This document shows, one piece after another, positions 48,408-60,760 of a DNA stretch of 64,000 bases. Below the pieces are notes generated by a model, which did no database searches, was not told the DNA's origin, and worked only from the letters and a program-made list of their open reading frames with translations. The first letter of the stretch is position 1. Each line of letters opens with the position of its first letter. This DNA comes from Trichosphaerium sp. ATCC 40318 (lineage: Eukaryota; Protista; Tubulinea), in NCBI GenBank assembly GCA_038496445.1, contig JALMLS010000183.1, positions 1 through 64,000 on the forward strand, written 5' to 3'. Both the position numbers and the translations under genes were made by a program.

Positions 48408-51030
48408 TTACCGTGTTTCTCTCTTCAAAGGAGCGAAGAAACCTTCATTCTGGCATATAACGGATAGTGGAGATGTACCGCAAGACCATACACGAGGAGA
48501 CACCGATGGTGGGCGACCAAGAATACCTAAACTCGAATGATTAAAAACCGATTTATTGGTATTTTAAGAAAAACAAAAGAAGGTTTACCTTGTAGTCCAC
48601 TGCTCATTTGAAAATTCGTTATTTTTGTGATATCAGAGTCAGCAGGGTCAGGATCGCAAGAGGATAAATCTATGAGGAGAATAAGTTAAAAAAATTTTAA
48701 ATCACGTGATAAAATAATTAAAAAAAAGAAGGAACATAAAAAGAAACCGTACCATGATCGTTATCGCGTGATGGAGGGCTGTGTTTTAACTGCATTGTGT
48801 CTGACAAGTTTCTGAGTGCTGATGAGTTTATTGGTGTGCGTGGTTTGTTGTAATGAGAATCTTCAGCTCCAACAATACCAAGTGCCGGTGGAGGTGATGT
48901 AGGTGTTCCAAAACCTGAAGGAGGTGGTACGATAGTCCCATTTTCAATATTACTGAGTGCTTGTAACTGTTCTTGTGTGAGTGTTGGGTGGTATTTTGCT
49001 GTAGCAATATCAGGCTTCTTTTCGTCTCTTGGTGGTTGAGAAGAGTTTGTAGGAACAGGCCTATAGTGTCCTGGTTCTAGTGGAAGTCAATGACTGAGGT
49101 ATTTACTTAGCTATCGTTTTTTGAAGTATCAAAAACGTACCGGCGTGCGCCGTTGGGTATGGGAAAGAGCTTGGTGATTCTGATCCTGTACGACGTCTTT
49201 TAAGAGGGCGAGGCTAAATAGTTACGTCAGGAAATGATCTTTTTTTAAAAAGAATTCCAGGATGATTGGCGTACGTTTGAAACTGGTGACTGGTCTCCAT
49301 AACCTGTTAGAGAAGCGAGCATTGAACCACTACAATGAATTCATAAGCATTTTATGACGTGATACAAAAAAGGGAATAGCCCAGAAAACAACAAAAAAAA
49401 AAGAAGAAGAATTGATGAGATAAAAATTTTAACGTACATTTCTTCTCTTGTGCGACCTTGGAACATACCGGCTTGTTGGATGCTTCCGATAACCTGAAAG
49501 ATATTATTAGACTTTTTATAAAAGGGTATAGTTTGTGAGCTTACGTCTGGTTTATCTTGAAACATTTGGTAAGCGTTTAATAATAGCCTTACTTCTTCGG
49601 CAGAAAATCTTTGGTCCCAATCTATTTTAAACGGTTAGTACGGCACGTGATTTATCAAAAAAAAGGAAAAACATTTGTTGTACATGCTTCTAAAAATAAA
49701 CATTGTTCGGAAGACGTACTTGGTGTTGTGTAAGGGATGAATGCAGGCCTGACGCCGTATTCTTGAGGTAGTCTGCTTTTTTGAGCAGCAATATTGTGAT
49801 AGTTCATTTTTGACGATTGCTGGAATTGATAGCCGTATGGAGACGCTGGGTAGGACATTCCTGAATATATTTAGAGGCTGTATAGATACCAAACAATAAA
49901 AAAGCAATTGCTCTTGAACTCCGGTGGTTCACAGAAAAAAAAGTTTGGGAAAAATTTTATCTACGGGGGAAAAAGTTTTGTTGTAGAACCGATCTTTTCG
50001 GGCCGTTTTGTTTACTTTGTTATGGTTGTTGTAAAGAAAGTACCTGGGTGAGGCCAGAAACCTTGAGAGGAGAAATATTTGATTGCATTGTGTCTTTGTT
50101 CTTCAAGTTTTTTAGCACGTGATTCTTCTTCTTGTTGTTTTTTCTTTTCTTCTTCTCTTTTCTAAAAACGTATAAATTCCAACATACAAATAAATCGTCA
50201 TGGGACGAAAAGTAAACCCGCCCTCCCCGAAAAACAACAAAAAACCCACAAAACGTTTGAAACATTCGAAAAAACTCCCAAAAAAAAAAAAAATTTGTTT
50301 CAAACATTCAAGTTTTTCCGAGCGAAGTCTCCGGAGAAAGCGATATTTGTACGCTTAACACATTTCGTATTAAACCTCCAAGGGAGATTGTATATGAGAT
50401 TACATCTATATCTAAATACGTACTTGTTTTAGAAACCACTTTTGAGCATGTGTTCTAACTTGTGTTGGATTTCTTGTGCGCACGTGCATAGCAATACTTT
50501 TTACATCTTTTCTACCATACCTGTTTTTAAACCGTTAACAACCACTGACACTCAAAATTATATAATTTACTTGTCAAGAGCCTCTAGAAACCTCTCGTGC
50601 TCATCTTTACGCCAATAACGTGGTTGAGAAGACTATTAAAACGTCATTTAGCGTCAACACGTGGAAGGGCGGTAGCTTTTTTTTTTTGAAGTTTTTTTTT
50701 CGTTGTTTGTTACCTTTTTCTTGCCGTTCTTCTCTTCTTGTTGCTTTATTTTCTTTTCTAGGTCCTCCGTCTATAACACCAAGGAGTTAACAATAATAAA
50801 GAAATAAAAAAAAGCGACTATCGCTTGTATACTAAGAGCCCACGTGGGGTAAGGTATCGTACCTTTTTACGTTCAGTAAAAAGTTTATCTTCAAGTTCCT
50901 TGATTCTACTGAGCAAGAAATCAACTTTCTTTGCTAAATCTTCCTTTTGTTCAGTCTTTGGATTGTTACCACACTCATTAGTATCATTTGTTGCTACAGA
51001 TTGACTCCTTCTTGATTTCGTAGGTAACAT
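48408..51030 (-). CDS. SHAQKYF-class MYB transcription factor with N-terminal coiled coil and a second Myb/SANT-like segment
   Basis: Spliced exons give RYWRKDEHERFLEALDK|YGRKDVKSIAMHVRTRNPTQVRTHAQKWFLKQ and, later, RFSAEEVRLLLNAYQMF...FQGRTREEI. Not visible in the ORF track because the exons are short. Confidence 0.85.
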
Positions 51031-52830
51031 TTTCTTTACTTGTAATTATTGGTTTTATGAGGAGATGTAATCTCGTTCTCTTGGTACAAATTATGGTAAA
51101 CAATACTTTTTCTGACTTTTTTTTTTTTTTTTTTTTTTTTGACGAATATGTCACTTATCTTTGAGGAAGTTTTCCTTTTTTTCGTAACCCATACAACGGA
51201 GATTTAGTATGGAACTCCCGAAAGTATGTTGTCTTTCTAATTGTGACGTACAAGGAAATTGTCAAACAAGACAAGTGCTTGGCAAATTGTTTTTTTTTTT
51301 TACGAATTTGCAGTTTTGTCACATTCTGGCAAGGACGAGATTAGGAAACGCAAAAGAAATTTGGGAACATATACTACTGTTATCGTTTTTGAAGGATCAG
51401 AAGTTATTACGATAGTGTGAGGACAAAGGGGAAAGAAAGCTCAAAATTTGTCATTTTTTGTTCTTTTTTTAGATGATCCACGTGATGGCTGCTTTTGTCT
51501 TTTTTTTTTAATTATCTGTTATCTCATTAACGAACTTTTTCCTTTTGTTTTATGTATAGGGTTTAAAATAAATCAATAACTTGCGTAGTTTCGTAGACAA
51601 AACAAAAAAACTACACGGAGAAAAAAAAGGAACACACTTACGAAAATTTTTTAACCTCAGTTCTGATACCGTGCAGATTTTAAGAGCTTCCTAAAAACGT
51701 TTCTAATTAGTATTATGACAGTTAAATAACTACCGATACTTTTAGCTGATATACTTTTAAAACCCGATTTATTGTGACACAAACTACCGGCAAGCTTTGA
51801 AAAAAAAAAAAATGGAGTTCAGTTTTTTTTTACAATTTGTCAATACATAGTTGTCACAGGAAGTACAGGGTCATTGACATACAACCCCAATTGTTATTAC
51901 GAATAAAAAAACTTTCGCTAACAGTGCTAGCGTATCACAAGCGCTTCGGAACCACGTGTGAGCCCTTAGGAGACTAGTGTAATAACCAATGAATCAAACA
52001 GGGATACAAATATTAATGTATCTATCAAATCGTTTGATGGGCTTATAAAGCATGGCGTGTACCTCTTAGTTAATTTCGTAGCGTTTATAGGGTATATTTA
52101 GAATCACGAGAAAGTGTACACAAACCCAATGTCCCTTGTCACATAATTTAAGGGTGACAAATTGTTCTAGTTTTTACACAACTTTTGACAAATGTTCGAG
52201 GTTACATAACGGTTAACCCTATGGTCACGTTTTTGGTTTTATTCTTGCGTGTCCATGTTACATAACGGACATGTGAGTTCTAGCGCTATAAGCTACTACA
52301 GAGAAGATAAACCTGGTGTTGTATTACAGTAAGCTATAATTTTTGTCACTTTATTCCGGTGAGCAGGGTTTGCAGTCAGTGAAGTCCGTCTGCAGTTCTT
52401 ATAAAACGTAGAACTACGTCAAATCTCGCGAAATATTTCGTTCTAGATAGTGCGATATAAATGCCAACAACCGTATATATCCTTCACGTGCGTTCATAGA
52501 CGTTTCTCAACTGAGGAACAAGGCAAGAAAACAAAATCAAAAAAAAAACGTGGAGAAAAATGTTGTGTTGTTTTTTTTTTTTAATCACAAAGGGAACTTC
52601 TCTGGTAGGCACGATTCGTGTCAAATATGAACTGTTCTTATTTTAACGATAAATTTAGTACGTGGTGGTTTTTTAATCTTGTCACAGTTTGATAGTTTTT
52701 CTGGAGACGCTTATATACGCTCAGATATTGCTTTCTTTTCCCTATGGAGCTTTTTTTTCTGAAAAAAAAAAAAAAGAAAAAAAAAAAAAAGAAAAAAAAC
52801 TGCCTTGAGATGGCTATTTGTGCCACTTTA

Positions 52831-55800
52831 TTAATACAGTTTGTACAGGTCGTTATCCATAGCATGTGCCCCATTATATGCCAAACAAAATAATTGGTCA
52901 CGTATACTATCCGCTAGGTAATAGTCAGCATAAATTTCTCAACTTTGCCATCACTGCTTTTTTTTTCTTTTTTTTTGAAATAAATTTAACTTTGTAAAGC
53001 CTTACCTGCGGGTCTATTTGCTGGGGTTGCTGCGTGTGTGCACGCATGGAAAATCTTCAGTAGAGGGTCCCACTCGCGTGGAAGGTCCTTGATAGGTGGT
53101 TTTATACCTACAGAAGGTAAGAATAAGTAAAAACCCAAAACAATAAAAGAGCAGTTAGGTAAAAAAAAAAAATCCAAAAAGCCGCGGAACTTTGTGCTTC
53201 CGTCGCACAACAGATGCCCAACTCAGGTTGTTTCAAATTTTTCTGAGGTCTTACCTTCCTCTACCATAAGAGGAATAGCGAATCTATCCTTAGCATCCTC
53301 ATAAGGTCTCCGCATAGTAATGAGTTCATACAACAGCATCCCAAAACTACAAGAAAAAAAATCACGTTATTAGCACAACAAGCATGCTTTTTTGTCGCAA
53401 ATTTTTTTTTCCGTTCAAGGGTGTTGTACCTCCATATATCTGCTTTATTTGAATAACAACCGAGTTTCTTTGCTTTGAAAACCTCAGGAGCTGTGAATGA
53501 TGGTGTTCCGATTACTGTTCTTGCTTTGTCGTTTCTGGATTGTAAAAGTTTTGCAGTGTCAAAATCTGCTATAGCAAGGCGTTGAACCTCTCCTGATTCT
53601 GAAAAATTGACCAGTATATTATCAGTTTTTATATCTCGATGGATAATATTATGTTTATGTAAGAAGGCAAGCCCTAGGGTACAAAGACTTTTGTCAACAA
53701 CAAAAACAAAAAAAAAAATCAAAAGTGTCAAAAAAAAAAATCCTTAAAAAAAGTTTTTTGCGATTTCGCAGATTATTACACGTGAATATACACGTGATAA
53801 ATTATAAATAATCAAAAATACACGTAATTATTCAGTTATGCTTTTTATAAAAAAATTACACGCACCTGCAGCCACTTGATACGCCCACTTTGCAGCGACG
53901 CGAACAGAGAGTAAAAATTGACTTCTTGTCTTGAACTTTCCTTCTTTGTTTTGTATTCTACGCTTTGCTAAAATTGCCTCAAGATCAGAGTCGTATAGCG
54001 TTAAGAAAAGGCATATAGCATCATCTCTATGTTCATGGTGTAGGTATTGACATATATTTGGATGTCTTGGTAATTTCTCAAGAACTTCAATCTCATTAAG
54101 AAATCCAGTTGTAGTCACTTCAGAAACTTTTGCAACTTTCAGTTTCTTTAATGCACACCTCCATCCATCAACCTCGCATGAGTACCTAAACATACAAAAA
54201 TCAATCAGTTACTTATAATAATTTTCATGAAATTCAATAATAGCTATCAAGACAAAGACGGAAGAAAAGAGAAAAAAAAAAAAGAATCATGTCAAAAAAA
54301 AAAATCCAAAAAAAAGATCACGTCTTCGGGAAAACTTTGTCCTGTCTTTCATTTACGTACAAAGAAGCCCAACTTCCTCCCTGTCCAAGCTTCTTATGTA
54401 AAGTCCATTTCTTAAACTGTATAGCCTTATTCTTCTTACGTTGTGTGATAGCATTAGCTTTCTGTAGCAACTTGTTCCTCATCTTTGAACCACCAGAATT
54501 ATTATTATGATTCACGTGATCATTCATATTCGCTAACTCTGAGTTACGCTTCCTTATCAACCAATCCTTTGCTTCTATCAACCTTTGTCTTTCTTCTAAC
54601 TGCATATCTTTTGCATCTAAACGTCTTTGTTGTGTCTCAACAAGAGTACGAAGTGTTTCCAAGTCATCCTCTTTCTGAGAAGAAAGCTTCTTATTATCAC
54701 GTGTTTTGGAAGGTTTTATAGAATGTGATGTTGGTGGGGCAGACGTTATAGAATGTGATGGCAAACGGGTTTGTGTTGGTCTACGGTAACGTGCAGGTGT
54801 ATCTAGTCTAGGTGATATGTTCTGAGTCCTCCTAGCTTGCGCTAGTTTCTTGTTTATATTTCTACATTCTTCTGTTTTCTTTTCTAGAGCAGACTCCAAA
54901 GTAAGAAGCTTTGCTTTCTGTCTCCACAAGAACCGTTCGCAAGTTTCTAGTTTATCTTTCTGGTTCGATATTGTTTCGCGTTGCTATAGAAAAAATAGGT
55001 GTTAGAGTAAGGCAAAGATGATGAATAAAGCGTCAGGTAAACGAAAAGAAAAATCGAAAAATCGAAAAATCAAAAAAAATCAAAACCAAAAAAAAAAGCA
55101 CGTTTTCACGTTTTTTGCGTGTAATGTACTTCTCAGACGATTATACTTGATTAAAAATAAATAATAGTATATTATTATTATACATTAATATCTTGGAAAG
55201 CGATACCAGTGAATTAGTGGCAATTTACAACCAAAAAAACAAAAATAATTTAATGCCAATAAAAAAAAAAAAAAATGTACTGAGCTTATGTTTACGCGCG
55301 TACTTGTTTTATAAGTAGTAGAAGCTTTTTTAATTTCTCTTTACTTATCGAAACCATTGTTGTGCCATTACCGCTATCAAACCCGCTGCTTGATCGCGTT
55401 AAACCCGCGGTATTCGCTTGTAGGCTCACTGTGTTGCGATAGCCAGAGGCAAGTTCGTTTGACAGCCTAGCCAAATCGGCTGACACCTCTGGTGTATTTA
55501 AGGAGTGCTCTGGTAGGAACACGTCTGTATGTCTAGCGAAACGTTTTTTAGTGCACTCAGCGCAACTTAAACTGGAAAAGACAACTGTTTTGGTATGTAT
55601 TGACTTACTTGTGTGACAGTGATAGATCTTCCACGCTGTGCGTCTCATACGAAGCTAAGTCGTGTTTATCGTACAATTCGTCCCTAATTAAAAAAAATGA
55701 TTAATTATGCGTTTTGTGATTAGTTGCAAAGCTGTTTTACGCCAATTCTTTCGTATTGGAAGTGATTGAAACCTATACGTGCGGGTTGCTAACAAAAAGT

Positions 55801-55940
55801 ACTTAACGTAGACGTACCATTGCATTTTAGGCAGTGAGGTCGTGTTGTATCTTTGTCTACTGTTCGTGAGTACAAAAAAAACTCGTTTAACGCATTTCGA
55901 GGTGGATTGAACAGCAACGCTTTGTAGCAAGCTTTGTCAT
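52831..55940 (-). CDS. Ser/Thr protein kinase with N-terminal coiled coil; DFD in place of DFG
   Basis: KKLGQGGSWAS, CALKKL, NEIEVLEKLPRHPNI, IIHRDIKTDNILV, IADFDTAK, GTPSFTAPEV, KADIW, NRPA. The 5' end is uncertain. Confidence 0.9.
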
Positions 55941-56268
55941 AGTTGCAAACTGATTTTCCGCTAGTTGGCTAGGTCAAAAGTTTTCATAAAGTAAAAACCG
56001 CAAGTATCCAACAACTGCTTTATTGTTCTCAAATTCATCGCGAAACATACTCATACGCAGTGACAGGGTAGATCTTTCATCTTCACGTGGTATTAACCAT
56101 CGCTCGCCGCATTTGCACTGCTAAGTGTATAAATGTCTCTTTATTGCGTATACCATTGTATTGACAAGTGTAGTGAGGTTGTATGAGGAGCTAGTCAAGA
56201 AAAAGTCGTTGATAAAAAAACAGTTCAAAAAAACCCTAAAAGCCAAACTTTTCAGTGGCCAACTGCTA

Positions 56269-59200
56269 ATGGCAATATTTAAGAAGCTTCTACAAGGCTT
56301 TGTGCCTAAATGGCCACCTGACTCCCGTGAAAGCCAACAAGATATTCCAAACCTTGGCCGTGGTTATAAAGAAACTAATCACGTTAACGAGCTTCAACTG
56401 TTAACAGGCCACAGCGATATAGTTCGCTTATTATGTAAAGTACAAGATAAACGGCACGAAACAACAAAAGGGTTTTCTATTTCGCGCTAAATGGCTGAAT
56501 AGAGTGGCTTCGGCCTCAGACGATGGCTCTATCTTAATTTGGGACACCGACGACGGGATTTTACTTAAACGGCTTGAAGGTCATACCAGGTACGAATTTG
56601 TACCTTGTTGCGGTAATATTGACACTTACTGCATAGAGCGGTCATGTGTATGTTACTTTTAGAAGATAACTTGCTAGTGTCGGGATCAGCAGACCGCTCT
56701 GTTCGTGTACGTACCTTTAAAATTATCGCGAAACCTGTACATTTTCCTAAACTGGCGTTTATAACGTGTTTCGCGTTATTCACGCGATGTATACGCGAAA
56801 GCATGCGTTACGGAATTTGAAGTGAAGCTTCCCCCATTTCTATTTCACTTTTTTTTTTTTTTTAATTGCTTCCTTCATTCTTAAAAATAACCGTAGATGT
56901 GGGATCTCAACACTGGTGAATGTATAAAGAAGATAGAAAATTGTCATGAAGGTTCCGTTAAGGTAATAACGAAATGTTGGATTTTTTACTACTACGCGTG
57001 CAAAAAAACGTGTTGTCGTGCTATTTCATGGCGTTTTTATTAGTTTGCGGTGGATGAATGCACTTTTTTTTATATTATCCGATTTTCATCTTTTTTGTAC
57101 TCGGAAAGTTAATGACAATTATTCGTAGTGTCTTACACGTATTGACGAGGATCGCTTCTGTTCTGGTGGTAATGATCGTTATTTATTCATTTGGAATAGA
57201 GATGGCTCAGTTTATGGGCGTATAGAGCGTCAAGAAGAAGAAAGTATCCAAATTTCCTTCTTTTTTATACTCTTTCAGATAATTACGTTTCAACAGTTAC
57301 AAGTTTCTTAATTCTCAAGATTTACATTGTCTTCTTACACTACCCAATGACAGGATTGTTACTGGATCTAATTCAAGCCTACTACGTATCCTACATGCTA
57401 ATATTCCGCGCTTTTTTTTTTCTCTTATAATTTGAGCTTTATACGCCATCTTTATGTCCTTGACTTGTCACAGTCGTGTACTCAACCAAAGGAGACTTGG
57501 GGTTTCAAAAGATATTAGCTTATCATCGAGAATCTGTTAGGTGTTTAGTTTTAATGAATGGTACGTTAATTTGTTCCAGTTAACTGTGGAACTTAACGGC
57601 TAGATCTTGTTTTTTTTTGAAGTTGTTTTACTTTTCTTACCTTTGAGTGTATAGATGATCACTTTGTTTCTGCGTCTCTTGATGGTGCCATAGTAGTATG
57701 GCAGACAGACACTCTAAAACCACTAAAGAAATTGAATTATCCAGAGCAGTTTAGGAGTATGACTGATCACGGGAGACAGTACATTTATAACGTAAATCAC
57801 TTACTCAAACTCAGTGACGTAAGTTCTACAACCAATATCAAGCTCTTACAACACATTTGGTTGTGTTTTGTAGTTGCCCTTGATTTTTTTGTTTCAAAGT
57901 GAATCAATCCGCTTCTTACTTGGTTTTTCTTTAGACGTATGTTGCTGCTTGTATAGGTACAGGGTTTAGAGTGTATGATGTTTTCTCAGGGGAATGTATT
58001 TTATCAAAACCAAAAGCTCATAGTGCTAATGTACTACAAATAATATCATTATATCATGGGTGAGTGTGTTAGCACAAAGAGAATGTTAAACCGGAAATTT
58101 CTCTTTTTTTTTTTTTTTGTTCCCTTTGTCTGACTTTCTTTTGTTTTTGTAGGACACGACTAGTAACTTGCTCAGTTGATTCTAATATACGTTTATGGGG
58201 TACTACAGAGAATTATAACTTTAGTAGACCCGCTCTACAAGGTTTCTCAGGAGGCTCTCAAAACCGCTATCGCCTAACGAATAGGTACATTACTAGTTTC
58301 CTAACATCATTTGACGAAAAAGCGGTTGGTGCTCGGTGTAACAATACACTTATGTCTCCTAAATCTATTTCGCGCTGCACGCTTTTTATCACGTGCTTTT
58401 GTGTACGAGGTGTTGACTTTTTTTTTGTTTTAAAGGCGGGCAAGTGCTCCTCGTATACAACCTGTTTGTATGGGAGAGATGTATGTCCATTCTGACTCTG
58501 TGAACACATTACTTCCTTTATCAGAGTATGGATTTGCTTCTGCTTCTAATGATCGTCTTGTTATATTATGGAAGGATGGTAGAATAGAGATGCACAATAG
58601 AAGCCAAGTACGTGTGGTTTTTGATTCTACCTTTTTTTTTTTTTTGTTGCTCAAACATTCTTTGTTGCTTTGAGTGTAACTAACTGTTTTCGTTCAGTAT
58701 GCTGCCAAGAGCCTTAAAAATTACAATGAATTATTCAAGCGGTTAGAAGAAGAGTTAGAGGATCACGATGGAGAGCAGACGCCAAGGCCAGCTTATGCAA
58801 GTACACCATCACCATTAGATCAAGGTACTTTTTTTTTTTTGGTTTGGTTTAATTATTTTGTTGCTTCTACTTACACGCCCTAGTGTCTTCATTCCTTCAA
58901 GATGCTAGCTCCCCTCCTCTTCTTAGTAGCGAACCAATGGAACCTGTTGAACCACAAGTACCGATAACCACTGCAGGTACCACAAAACCCAAAACGTTGT
59001 TTCATAGAACACGTGTTTTCTTATTTATTTCTTATTTTTTATACAATCTACTAACCTTATTATTTTAGAGCCTGAGAATAAGGATAAAACTGTTGTTAGG
59101 AAGGTTCATATTCCAGTATATATATTTCAACATGCTGAGCATTTGAGGAAGGAAAAGAATGTACGTTGTTTTTTTTTTTTTTGCTTTTGGAATTTTTTTG

Positions 59201-59357
59201 TTCTCTGCCTTTTTGATGCTTACCTATTTCTATTTAGTTGCCTATAGATGATATTTCTAATTACCTAAAAGCTCGTGGTCATAGTGATACAATTGTAAAA
59301 GCAGTTGCTGATAAGCAACGTACTGTAGATAAGTTGGATAAAGAAGGAGACCTTTAA
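56269..59357 (+). CDS. WDR41: WD-repeat protein 41 homolog (partner of C9orf72-SMCR8)
   Basis: NELQLLTGHSDIVRLL..RVASASDDGSILIWD, SVKCLT..FCSGGND and GEMYVHSDSVN..GFASASNDRLVILWKDGRIE resemble WDR41 as I recall it. Confidence 0.8.
57244..57319 (+). other. Putative U12-type intron in WDR41
   Basis: 5'ss GTATCCAA, branch-like TTTCTTAAT close to the terminal AAG. Removal gives EEEN LHCLL in frame. Confidence 0.65.
57386..57473 (+). other. Putative U12-type intron in WDR41
   Basis: 5'ss GTATCCTA, branch GTCCTTGAC 9 nt from the intron end. Removal gives SSLLLVYSTK in frame. Confidence 0.8.
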
Positions 59358-59577
59358 AAACAAAGGAAAAAATTGTTTGTTCTTTTGGTTACTTTTTACA
59401 AAACAGACAATAGCTTTGATACCATTACAGTGTTAATGATAACCAAAACAAAAACATCACACTGAGGCACAATGCAGTGCTGACTGAAAAAATCGCAGCA
59501 CAAACTTGTTCCTGCCTGTTTTCAACAGAAAATAGAAATGTCAAGTCACTTTTATTCTTCCTGACAAATCAATCCTA

Positions 59578-60404
59578 ATGGCGTCTCCACAAGAACATAG
59601 ATACCAAATAAATGACGTTGAAAGCACTCTACCACCAAAAAGCAAAAAGTTATACGTACAAGTCAAAAAATCGTTAAATGAGCTCGTAGAACTTGGTGTG
59701 GACCTAACCGAGATTGTTTCATTTTTTGAGATGAAAAAAGCCAGCCTACACAATAATAAAATATTTACAGACGTTTGGATGTGTATCCTCAGCGCAACTT
59801 ACGCCTTTAACGATGATATTATGAACAAGAAGCTGTTTACAGTCTGTAAGCAATGGAAGAGAATAATACAAAATACTTTCTTCTGGAAGCACGTGATGAA
59901 ACTAAAATGGGGTATGGATCTTAAAAATGTAATGCAGATGAAAGAGCATTGAAAGATTACTTTGTTGATAGATTTTATGATGAGTTCCATCACGAAGAAC
60001 CTTATATAATCAACTATATCAAGTATACACAACGAAAGAACATAGAACATGGTTATTACTCTTTATACAATCTATCAGTTGTTCGTATCAAACAGAAGAC
60101 AATATATGACGATGAAGAAATTCCTGATAGTTTTAAAGTCAAAATCGTCCTTGCAAGAGATCAAAACTACAAAGATGTTGAAGATGATGATGATGTTGAT
60201 ATAGTGGCTATTGACTTGGCTCATAAATTTGAAGATGCCATTCCAATCAAAGATGAGAATGAATCGACAAAAGATATTGAAGTATTAGAATCACTTAAAA
60301 CTATTTTGTGTTTCGATAAAACTTATGATGCAAGTCAAGTTCTAGATAAGCTTATTCCTGACATGTTCATTATTAAGAATGGCTTAATATTCTATAAATC
60401 ATAA
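59578..60404 (+). CDS. F-box-like protein split by a 26-nt micro-intron or a frameshift
   Basis: IFTDVWMCILS...LFTVCKQWKRIIQNTFFWK is F-box-like. The two overlapping ORFs can be joined by removing GTATGG...TGCAG (59912-59937). Confidence 0.6.
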
Positions 60405-60760
60405 TGTTAATGGTCAAACGATTATAGAATGACAGTGTGATATCAAATCTTGTAAGATGTCTAATAAAATGACAAAATTGAAGACCGAACATATTGTATG
60501 TATACAGCGGGAATGATTGTAAATAGCTCGTATGCGACAACAGTCAATATAATAAACAGGCTATGTGTACATCCAATCAGCACTGAAGTACCATGCATGT
60601 TACTCGTAATGTTGTAGATCTGACAATGTACAAGACACCTCAATAAAACTTATAATTTTTACACGTGATGCGTTTTATGGTTTTGACTGAAATTAGAAAC
60701 AAAATACAGATAAAGATATCGTTTATTTATGTTCAACTATTAACAAAGAGATTTATGTAA

